Origin: an uncultured Holophagales bacterium
GTDB taxonomy: Bacteria > Acidobacteriota > Thermoanaerobaculia > Multivoradales > UBA5704
Assembly (NCBI GenBank): GCA_963842525.1
Contig: CAWJGT010000023.1
Location: forward strand, 352,001-416,000
Length of the DNA stretch: 64,000 nt
Direction: 5' to 3'
Shown here: positions 55,612 through 64,000 of the stretch, in pieces
How positions within the stretch are numbered: position 1 is the first letter of the stretch
Layout: each line of letters starts with the position of its first letter
The notes under the pieces: generated by a model
What the model saw: the letters and a program-made list of their open reading frames with translations, nothing else
Databases searched by the model: none
What the model was told of the DNA's origin: nothing
Program-made: the position numbers and the translations under genes

Positions 55612-55765
55612 CGTGAAATCTTTTGCATCCTCGCATCATTCTCTAGAAGAAGTCTCCCGATAGGTCGGTCGCAACTTTGTTCCCGGTGCCCCGTATTGGG
55701 CCGGGACACGCACTCTAGCTGTATTCCGCTGTATGTCCCGGCTGTGTCCGGGGAGGGGTGATCTC

Positions 55766-58700
55766 ATGTCGCAACCACGATTGTTGTCGTTGTTGTCCAT
55801 CCTTTTTGCTTTCGCCGGCCCGGCGTTCGGGCAAACCGTTTCCTTCCTCGATGCCCAGGGCAACCCCGCCACGGTCTATCTCGAAGGCTCGCGTGTCTTT
55901 CTGCGGGTCGAAGACCCTGCCGCCAATACGGACGGCTCGACCACTGAGATCGTCGTGGTCGACGTCTCGGCTGCCCTGACAGGCGACGCCGAGCAGGTCC
56001 AGCTCACCGAGACCGGACCGGCCACGGGCGTCTTCGCCGGCTCGATCCAGCTCTCGCTCGCCGGGCCTTCCGTGGACGGGCTGCTCCAGACCTCGCGGTT
56101 CACGACCACATCTCCCCCAGCCTTCGACACCCTGACGGCCACCTACGGCGCCGCCTCGGCCAGCGCCGGCACGGAGGGGCCTACTGTCGCTGTGCTCGAC
56201 GCATCCGGCAACGAGGTCACGTCCTTCATGGTTGGGGATAAGGTCCACTTCCGGCTGCGCGACGGCTTTGCGAACGGCGGTCCCAGCGTGGACACGATCT
56301 GGTTGGAGGTGATGGCGACGGTCCGGAGCTGGAACGAATATGAGCTCGTCAATCTCACCGAGACCGGAGGGGATACGAGTGTTTTCGAGGGCTCGGTCCA
56401 GACGGTCCAAGGGATCGATCCGGTCCAGATGGACGGCGTGGTCGAGCTCGAACCGACAGATCTTCTCCAGGCCCGGCACTACTACCCCGCTTGGGGGCCC
56501 TATGTGATCGCTGAGGCCACCGCCTTGTCGGACCTCCCGGTGACGATCACATTCCTCGCGTGGAATTTCGCCACGGACGAGCCGATCTCCGAGATCTACG
56601 AATTCTCGTACTTCCAGATCCGGGTCACCGACGGCGCCGCGGCCGGCCAGAACACGATCACCGTCCGGGTCACCTCCGATCTGCGCGGCGACGAGGAGCT
56701 GATGACCCTCTCGGAAGACGGCAACAACCTCGGCACCTTCTACGCTCCCTACGGGATCGCTGCCACGATGAGCCCCACTCCTCCCGCCACGGACGGGTTG
56801 CTCGAGGTGACCGAGATCCCGGGCCCGCCGCACCAGTTCGATACCGTCCGGGCCACGCCGGTGACCTGCTCGGTCTCGCCCTGCCCCACGGCCGTGGCCG
56901 GGGTGATCGGCTCGTCCGTCCGGTTCCTCGACAGCCAGGGAGAGGACACTCTGACCTACTCCGCCGGTGACACGGTGACCCTCGAAGTGAGGGACTACAC
57001 GGTCTCTCAGCAGCCCATCGCGCAGACCACCGCGACGCTCGTCAGCCAGGCCGGCGATTCCGAGACCGTCAGCATCCTCGCGTACTTCCCTTACACAGGG
57101 CTGTACCGCGGAAGCATCCTGTGCGAGGAAGGGCCGCCCGTCCCGGGCGACGGAGTGCTCCAGGTCGAGGAGCCCGATACGATCACGGCGAGCCACCTCG
57201 ATCCCCTTGGCTTCTCCTCCTCGACCGACACCGCGACGGTCGGATCCGTCACGGTCGTCTTCCTCGACCGGTTCGGCAATCCGGCCGACTTCCAGTTCGA
57301 GAGCGCCTGGGCCCGCGTCCAGGCGAGGCACCCCGGCGCCAACCTCTCCCCGGGGACGGCCGACACCCTGGCCGCGACCCTCCAGACCGTGGATGTCGAC
57401 GGCAACCTGCGGGATTCCGAGCCCGTCCAGCTCACCGAGACCGGCCCGGACACCGACGTCTTCACCGGACAGATAAAGCTCTTCACGCACTACAACCCCC
57501 AGCCCAACGACGGCAGGCTCGATAGCTGGTACAAGTTGTTCCCCCAGCCCAGCATTCCGGACAACATCACCGCGACCGTGGACACGGTATCGGCGACGGT
57601 CCCGCTCCTCCGCTCGAAGATCTGGTTCATCGACTCCAATGGGGCCGACGCCACGCAATACCCCGCCGGCAGCCCCGTCTACGTCCGGCTGGAAAGCGAG
57701 GGGGTGAACTTCGACCCGGCGGTTGCGGATACGCGGTTCGTCCAGCTCGTGAACCTGTCCAACAACGATTTCGAGTACCCTCTCCTGACCGAGACCGGAC
57801 CCGACACCTCCATCTTCGAAGGCTCGTACGCCACCAACCTGGCCCCGCCCGAATGGGACGACGTCCTCAACGTGCAGCCTGGCCACACGATCCGGGCGGT
57901 CGACGCGGGGGGCTACGCGCCGAACATCACGGACGAGGCCAGTATCCTCGCACCCCTCCAGCCGGACGCGGTGAATGACACCGCCTCGCTGGCCGAAGAC
58001 GGTCCGGCGATCTCGATCCCGGTGCTTGCCAACGACACCGCCCCCGAGGGGCGCACGCTCGCAGTCTCGTCCGTGACGCAGGGCACCCGCGGTGCAACGG
58101 CGATTCAAGGCGACGGCACCATCACCTACACGCCGAACGCCAACGCCAACGGCTCCGATTCGTTCACTTATACCGTCACAGACAGCCTCGGCCTCACCGA
58201 CACCGCGACGGTTTCGATCACCATTTCGGCAGTCAACGACGCGCCTGATGCGGTGAGCGATTCAGGCAGTACCAACGAGGACGCGGCCGTCACGGTCTCC
58301 GTCCTCGCCAACGACAGCGATCCGGAGAACAACTCACTTGCGATCACCGCCGTCACCCAGGGGGCCAACGGCGCGGTTTCGAACAACGGCAACGGCACCG
58401 TGACCTACACGCCGGGCCTGAATTTCAACGGCTCGGATTCATTCAGTTATTCGATCGCCGACGGCAACGGCGGGGCGGACACGGCCACCGTGACCGTCAC
58501 CGTGCGCGACTCCTTCTCGCGGGTGGCCGTGCTCGGCACCAACAGCGTCTGGCTGCGGACCGGCTCGGACGTGCTATCGGGCGACGTGATCGTCAACCAG
58601 GCCGGTGCCGGGCCCTTCCTCAACGGCAGCGTCGAGCTGAGCCTCGGCGGGACGGTGACCACGCCGGCCGGCTGGGACGTCCAGGCGGACAGCGTCACGA

Positions 58701-59311
58701 TCGCCGGCGGCACGACGGTGGCGAGCGACCTCTTCTACAACCAGCTCACCAACAACGGCACGGTCACGGGCTCGCAGAGCAGCCCGCTGGCGCTGCCGGT
58801 CTTCGCCAGCCTGCCCACCTTCCTGACGGCCACGCCGGGGAGCACCGACGTCAACGTCGCCAACAACGGCAGCCAGACCCTCGCGGCCGGCAGCTACCGC
58901 GACCTGATCGTGGGAAGGAAGGCGACGGTGACTTTCACCGGTGGCGTCTATCACTTCCGCACGATCCAGGTCGACCGTGAGGCGAAGCTCTATTTCTCGG
59001 CGGCGAGCGAGGTCCGGGTGCAGCAGAAGCTGAGCACGAAGACCCTCACCACGGTCGGACCGGCGACCGGCGCCTCGATCACGGCGGCGAACATCGTCTT
59101 CCATGTCGCCGGAGTCAACGGCACGAGTGGCGGCCTGGCCGCGACGCCCAAGGCGGTCGACGTCGGGACCAACAACGTCTTCAGCGCGAACGTCTATGCC
59201 CCGAACGGGACGGTCTGGCTCGAGGATGGTACCCAGGCCCGCGGCGCCTTCCTGGGCCGCGACGTCCAGGTGGGGATCGACGTCCAGGTGACGCTCCAGA
59301 GCGCCTGGTAG
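55766..59311 (+). CDS. Large secreted surface protein 1: LTETG repeats, 2 cadherin-like Ig domains, C-terminal beta-solenoid
   Basis: Signal peptide; LTETGPDT.VF repeats; PDAVND...VLANDSD...YTP...GSDSFTY; ANVYAPNGTV. Confidence 0.8.
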   Translation: MSQPRLLSLLSILFAFAGPAFGQTVSFLDAQGNPATVYLEGSRVFLRVEDPAANTDGSTTEIVVVDVSAALTGDAEQVQLTETGPATGVFAGSIQLSLAGPSVDGLLQTSRFTTTSPPAFDTLTATYGAASASAGTEGPTVAVLDASGNEVTSFMVGDKVHFRLRDGFANGGPSVDTIWLEVMATVRSWNEYELVNLTETGGDTSVFEGSVQTVQGIDPVQMDGVVELEPTDLLQARHYYPAWGPYVIAEATALSDLPVTITFLAWNFATDEPISEIYEFSYFQIRVTDGAAAGQNTITVRVTSDLRGDEELMTLSEDGNNLGTFYAPYGIAATMSPTPPATDGLLEVTEIPGPPHQFDTVRATPVTCSVSPCPTAVAGVIGSSVRFLDSQGEDTLTYSAGDTVTLEVRDYTVSQQPIAQTTATLVSQAGDSETVSILAYFPYTGLYRGSILCEEGPPVPGDGVLQVEEPDTITASHLDPLGFSSSTDTATVGSVTVVFLDRFGNPADFQFESAWARVQARHPGANLSPGTADTLAATLQTVDVDGNLRDSEPVQLTETGPDTDVFTGQIKLFTHYNPQPNDGRLDSWYKLFPQPSIPDNITATVDTVSATVPLLRSKIWFIDSNGADATQYPAGSPVYVRLESEGVNFDPAVADTRFVQLVNLSNNDFEYPLLTETGPDTSIFEGSYATNLAPPEWDDVLNVQPGHTIRAVDAGGYAPNITDEASILAPLQPDAVNDTASLAEDGPAISIPVLANDTAPEGRTLAVSSVTQGTRGATAIQGDGTITYTPNANANGSDSFTYTVTDSLGLTDTATVSITISAVNDAPDAVSDSGSTNEDAAVTVSVLANDSDPENNSLAITAVTQGANGAVSNNGNGTVTYTPGLNFNGSDSFSYSIADGNGGADTATVTVTVRDSFSRVAVLGTNSVWLRTGSDVLSGDVIVNQAGAGPFLNGSVELSLGGTVTTPAGWDVQADSVTIAGGTTVASDLFYNQLTNNGTVTGSQSSPLALPVFASLPTFLTATPGSTDVNVANNGSQTLAAGSYRDLIVGRKATVTFTGGVYHFRTIQVDREAKLYFSAASEVRVQQKLSTKTLTTVGPATGASITAANIVFHVAGVNGTSGGLAATPKAVDVGTNNVFSANVYAPNGTVWLEDGTQARGAFLGRDVQVGIDVQVTLQSAW

Positions 59312-59355
59312 CCCTCGTCCCCTGCCCCCCTCTCCCGCGAGCGCGGGAGAGGGGG
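59312..59355. repeat. REP-like palindrome after surface protein 1
   Basis: CCCCCTCTCCCGCG-AG-CGCGGGAGAGGGGG. Confidence 0.75.
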
Positions 59356-59458
59356 TGATAGGAAAGCCTCGGCGTTCTCGCCTCTCTTCCTAGAGACGTT
59401 TCCCTCTGACTGTGTCCATTTGGATGTCCGGCTCTGTCCGGAGGAGAGAGGTGACTTC

Positions 59459-62400
59459 ATGTTGCAGCGACGGTGGTTGCTGTTGTTGTCCGTCTTTTTC
59501 GCTTTCGCCGGCCCGGCGTTCGGGCAGACCATGTCCACCCTTGCCGTGCTCGACGCGTCCGGCAACGAGATCGACTCCTTCCTGGTGGGAGACACGGTCT
59601 ACTTCCGGGTGGTCGATGCGCTGGCGAACGCCACTCCCGGCGTGGATACGACGCAGGTGCACGTCTTTGCGACCGTGCGGACCTGGACCGAGTACCAGCC
59701 CGTCTATCTCACCGAGACCGGAGGGGACACAGGGGTCTTCGAAGGATCGATCCCGACGGTCCATGGGATCGATCCGGTTCAGCACGACGGGGTGGTCGAG
59801 CTCGAGCCGGGAGACGTCCTCGCGGCCCGGCACGACGATGCCAATGGGGAGACCGAGTCGACAGCCGAGGCTACGGCCCTGTCGGACCTCCCCGTGAGCA
59901 TCGGATTCGTGGACGGCAGCACGGACGAGCCTGTCTCCACGGTCTACGAATTTTCGTCGGCCACGATCAGGGTCACCGACGGTGCCGCTGCCGGTCAGGG
60001 CGCCGTCAGCGTCCGGGTCAGCTCCGATTTGCGCGGTGACGAGGAGCAGCTCACCCTTTGGGAGGACATCTACAATCCCGGCGCCTTCAAAGGCTCCATC
60101 TACGTTTCTGCCACTCTGAGCCCCTATCCCCCATCGGCTGACGGGTTCCTGGAGGTGACCGAGAGCCCGGGCCCGCCGCACCAGCTTGACACCATCCGGG
60201 CCACGCTTGATACCTGCTCGGTTGCGCCCTGCCCCACGGACGCGGCCGCGATGATCGCCTCCTCCATCCGTTTCCTCGACAGCCAGGAATTCGACACCCC
60301 GGCCTTCGCCGTCGGCGACACCATGACCCTCGAGGTGACGGACTTCACGTCCACCGGGATGACCACCGCGACGCTCGTCAGCCAGTCCGGCGACGCCGAG
60401 ACCATCGACCTCCTCCAGGACTACGCCCATGCGGGTGTGTTTCGCGGCAGCATCCTTTCCGAGGAAGGCCCCGCCGTTCCGGGCGATGGTCAGCTCCAGG
60501 TCCAGGAGCCCGACACGATCACGGCAAGCCGTCTCGATCCCCTCGGCCTGTCGTCCGCGACCGATACCGCGCAGGTCGGAGCAGCCAGCGTGGAGTTCAT
60601 CGACCGGTTCGGCAACCCGACCGACGTCCAGTTCGAGGGCGGCTGGGCCCGGGTCCGTGTGACACAGCCCAGCGCCAACCTCTCTCCGGGAACCGCCGAT
60701 ACCCTGTACGCGACGCTCCAGACCGTGCGCGTCGACGGCACCGTGCGGGACTCCGAGACGGTCCAGCTCACCGAGACCGGACCCGACACGGGAATCTTCA
60801 CCGGGCAGATCAAGCTCTCGGTGTACTACATTCTCCAATCCGGCGACGGAGTTCTCACGAGCTTCTATACCTTCGGCGAGGAGCCCCCGGCCGCTGACAG
60901 CGTTGCCGCGATCGTGGGCACAGCCTCGGCAACGGCCTCGTTCCTCCGTTCGCGGATCTGGCTCGTGGACGTCAACGGAGCGGATGCGACGCAATATCCC
61001 GCCGGCGGCCGCATCTACGTCCGGCTGGAGACCGAAGGGGGAAATGCTGATCCAATGGCTCAGGACTCCTACTTCGTCTGGGTGCAGAACCTCTCCAACG
61101 CGGATTACGAGTACTCTCTCCTCCCCGAGACCGGTCCCGACACCTCGATCTTCGAAGGCTGGTTCGACACCAATCTGGCGCCGCCGGGATGGGACGGCTT
61201 CTTGAACGTGCAGCCCGGCCATACGATTCAGGCCGTCGAGGATCTCGGCTACGGCCCGGACGTCACGGACCAGGCCGGTATCATCGTGCCTCTCCAGCCC
61301 GACGCGGTGGATGACGCTGACGCCTTGGCAGAAGACGGTCCGGCAATTTCGATCCCGGTGCTGGCCAACGACGCCGCCGCCGAGGGGCTGACCCTCTCGG
61401 TCTCGGCCGTGACGCAGGGCGCCCACGGCACGGGGGTGATCAATGCCAATAACACCCTGAGCTATACGCCGGCCGCCAACTTCCACGGCACCGACTCGTT
61501 CACCTATACCGCCGTGGACAGCTACGGCTCCGTGGATACGGCCACGGTCACGGTCACCGTCACGCCCGTTGCCGATCCTCCGGTCGCGGTCAACGACAGC
61601 ATAGTCACCAACGAGGATACGGCGGCCACGGTCACCGTCCTCGGCAACGACGGCGACCCGGATAACGACAGTCTCACCGTGACTTCGGCCACCCAGGGCG
61701 CCCACGGATCGGCCGTGATCAATGCCAACGGAACGATCACGTATACGCCGAGCACCAATGCCAACGGGAACGATTCGTTCACCTACACGGTCTCGGACGG
61801 CAACGGCGGCTCCGACACGGCCACGGTCACGGTCAACGTGGCGGCGGTGAACGATCCGCCGGATGCGGTGAACGATGCGGCGACCACCCGCGAAGGGGGC
61901 GCGGTCACGATCACGGTCCTGGGCAACGACACGGACCTCGAAGGCAACGCTCTCTCCGTTTCGTCGGCCGGGACGCCCACCAACGGCTCGGCCGTCGTCA
62001 ATGGCAACAACACCATTACCTACACGCCGGGTGCCAACTTCGCCGGCATCGCATCCTTTACCTACACGATCGGCGACGGGCAGGGCGGAGCCGATACCGC
62101 CACGGTGACTGTGACGGTCACGGAGGCGCTGGAGCGCGTGGTGGTGCTGGCCACCAACAGCGCCCAATTCCAGTCCAGCGCAGACGTCTTGTCGGGCGAC
62201 GTGGTTGTCAACCAGGCCAGCCCCGGCCCCTACCTCAACGGCGGTGTCGAGCTGAGCCTCGCCGGCACAGTGACCATGCCGGCCGGCTGGGACGTCCAGG
62301 CGGACAGCGTCACGGTCGGCAGCGGCACGACCGTGGCGAGCCACCTCTTCTACAACCAGCTCACCAACAACGGCACGGTGACAGGCGTGCAGACCACGCC

Positions 62401-62926
62401 GCTCACCCTGCCGGTCTTCGCGCCGCTGCCCACCCTCCTGACGGGCACGCCGGGCAGCTCCGACGTTGTGGTGCCCAACAACGGCACCCACACCCTCGCG
62501 CCCGGCAACTACCGCGATCTGATCGTGGGAAGAAACGCGACAGTGACCTTCACCGGCGGCGCCTACCGCTTCCGCGGGATTCAGGTCGAGCGCGACTCGA
62601 AGCTCTACTTCTCGGCGGCCAGCGAGGTCCGGATTCAGCTCAAGCTGGTCGTCCGGAACAACACCACGGTGGCGCCGGCGATCGGCTCCTCGATCACGGC
62701 GGCGAACATCGTTTTTCACGTCAACGGGGTCAATGGCAGCGCCGGCGGTCTGGCGGCGGCGCCCAAGACCTTCGAAACCGGAACGGACTGTATTTTCAGG
62801 GCCAACGTCTACGCCCCGAACGGCACGGCGTTGTTGCGGGACCGCACCCAGGCGACGGGTGCATTCTTCGCCAGGGACGTTCAGGTGGGAGTCAACACCC
62901 AGGTGACGCTGCAGAGCGCCTGGTAG
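59459..62926 (+). CDS. Large secreted surface protein 2 (tandem paralog, 3 Ig domains)
   Basis: Collinear homology to 55766-59311, with the same ...QVTLQSAW end. Confidence 0.8.
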   Translation: MLQRRWLLLLSVFFAFAGPAFGQTMSTLAVLDASGNEIDSFLVGDTVYFRVVDALANATPGVDTTQVHVFATVRTWTEYQPVYLTETGGDTGVFEGSIPTVHGIDPVQHDGVVELEPGDVLAARHDDANGETESTAEATALSDLPVSIGFVDGSTDEPVSTVYEFSSATIRVTDGAAAGQGAVSVRVSSDLRGDEEQLTLWEDIYNPGAFKGSIYVSATLSPYPPSADGFLEVTESPGPPHQLDTIRATLDTCSVAPCPTDAAAMIASSIRFLDSQEFDTPAFAVGDTMTLEVTDFTSTGMTTATLVSQSGDAETIDLLQDYAHAGVFRGSILSEEGPAVPGDGQLQVQEPDTITASRLDPLGLSSATDTAQVGAASVEFIDRFGNPTDVQFEGGWARVRVTQPSANLSPGTADTLYATLQTVRVDGTVRDSETVQLTETGPDTGIFTGQIKLSVYYILQSGDGVLTSFYTFGEEPPAADSVAAIVGTASATASFLRSRIWLVDVNGADATQYPAGGRIYVRLETEGGNADPMAQDSYFVWVQNLSNADYEYSLLPETGPDTSIFEGWFDTNLAPPGWDGFLNVQPGHTIQAVEDLGYGPDVTDQAGIIVPLQPDAVDDADALAEDGPAISIPVLANDAAAEGLTLSVSAVTQGAHGTGVINANNTLSYTPAANFHGTDSFTYTAVDSYGSVDTATVTVTVTPVADPPVAVNDSIVTNEDTAATVTVLGNDGDPDNDSLTVTSATQGAHGSAVINANGTITYTPSTNANGNDSFTYTVSDGNGGSDTATVTVNVAAVNDPPDAVNDAATTREGGAVTITVLGNDTDLEGNALSVSSAGTPTNGSAVVNGNNTITYTPGANFAGIASFTYTIGDGQGGADTATVTVTVTEALERVVVLATNSAQFQSSADVLSGDVVVNQASPGPYLNGGVELSLAGTVTMPAGWDVQADSVTVGSGTTVASHLFYNQLTNNGTVTGVQTTPLTLPVFAPLPTLLTGTPGSSDVVVPNNGTHTLAPGNYRDLIVGRNATVTFTGGAYRFRGIQVERDSKLYFSAASEVRIQLKLVVRNNTTVAPAIGSSITAANIVFHVNGVNGSAGGLAAAPKTFETGTDCIFRANVYAPNGTALLRDRTQATGAFFARDVQVGVNTQVTLQSAW

Positions 62927-62970
62927 CCCTCTCCCCCTGCCCCCTCTCCCGCGAGCGCGGGAGAGGGGGA
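62927..62970. repeat. REP-like palindrome after surface protein 2
   Basis: Same stem as 59312-59355. Confidence 0.75.
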
Positions 62971-62974
62971 TTTC

Positions 62975-63922
62975 TCACTTTTGAATCGATCGCAGCCAGG
63001 CGATGACCTGGGCGTCCAGGCCGAGCCCTTCCCCCAAACCGGCGTTGAGCCTTCTTGGAAAGGCGACGTGGCCTCCGGTGCGCAGCCATTCGACCCGCAG
63101 CTTCGGCGCCTCGATGCCTTCGAGGGCCGGCCGCACGGACCCGGCGGGGACCATGGGGTCGTATTCAGAATTGATCAGAAGAGCGGGGATGCGGAGCTCT
63201 CCGAGCCGGGAGACGACGCTCGCGCGGGCATAATAATCCTTGGCGTCGGCGAAGCCGTGCCGGGGCGCGACAATATGGTCGTCCACACGCGAGAAAGGTG
63301 CGGATTTCGTCCAGCCGCTCGGCCGGGAATGGCACCGGCCGGCGGCTCGCGACGCCGGCATAGATCCGCTTGAGGTTTTTCAAAAGGTATTGCCGGTAAA
63401 CCCAGAGCGACGAGGCGTCGATCGCCACCTGTGAGCGGGCCAGATCGATCGGTGAGCAGACCGCCGCGACCGCGGCCACGCGCGGATCAGCCGGCTCCGT
63501 CGCGAAACGCAGGACCACGTGCCCTCCCAGGGAATAGCCGAGCACGTAGACCCGGCGATAGCGGTGCAGCTCCGCGCTCGCCAGCGCCGCATGCACGTCG
63601 GCCGTGAACCCGGCGTGGTAATAGTCGGTCGCCCCGGGGTCGGACCCACGCAGGTTGAGCCGCAGGCAGGAGAGTCCCGCCGCTTCGGCCGCGGCGGCGC
63701 CGCGGTGCATGTAGTGGCTCTCGATATACCCTCCGAGCCCATGGACCAGGACCAGGACCTCGTCGCTGCCGGGGATCTCGTGCAGCCGGCCGGTGAGCCG
63801 CACCCGCCCGGCCTGCGGGTCTTCGACGAAGGTCTCCCAATCCCGCGATTCCGGACAGGCGAACGGCCGCCGGCATGGCGGAGCCGGGGACCGATCGTCC
63901 AGGCGTGGGCGAAGAGGGACAT
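62975..63922 (-). CDS. Alpha/beta hydrolase (YheT-like), frameshifted
   Basis: LVHGLGG, LRLNLRG, YHAG, GYSLGG nucleophile, DPMV, GGHVAF. Confidence 0.85.
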
Positions 63923-64000
63923 GGCGAAGAATGGTACATCACCTCTCCCTCTCCCATCCCCCTTCCACCCCCCGCTGGCGGTCGGGTTGCGTTTCTATTG

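Overview
A high-GC bacterial window, most likely from Acidobacteriota (probably Thermoanaerobaculia). This is inferred from two ADOP-type permease genes, a TIGR02999-like ECF sigma/Ser-Thr kinase pair and LxLxxETL-leader lanthipeptide precursors. Many genes carry single-base frameshifts, and about 24.6-28.7 kb is very indel-rich, which looks like long-read or low-coverage error rather than real decay. Recognisable content: a group 1h [NiFe]-hydrogenase cluster with hyp genes (17.4-31.4 kb); a complete group II intron (51976-53992, minus strand) whose removal restores a 304-aa unknown two-domain protein in frame; a duplicated lanthipeptide precursor next to LanC with no LanB in the window, plus a third orphan precursor; a DUF4062-NACHT-FGE protein whose 3' end looks like a DGR variable region; an Rpn nuclease; a mazEF relic with an inverted toxin fragment; and two tandem Ig-repeat surface proteins. 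The most unusual signal is non-coding: three unrelated, helically phased repeat tracts, each lying between convergent gene ends. The largest (43229-43923) has 35 AGCT-centred cores at strict 20/20/21-bp spacing and mirror symmetry about ~43566. It lies just downstream of an unknown gene (44005-44520) that appears to be silenced by a symR-like cis-antisense RNA. All family assignments come from motif recognition by eye; no database search was run.
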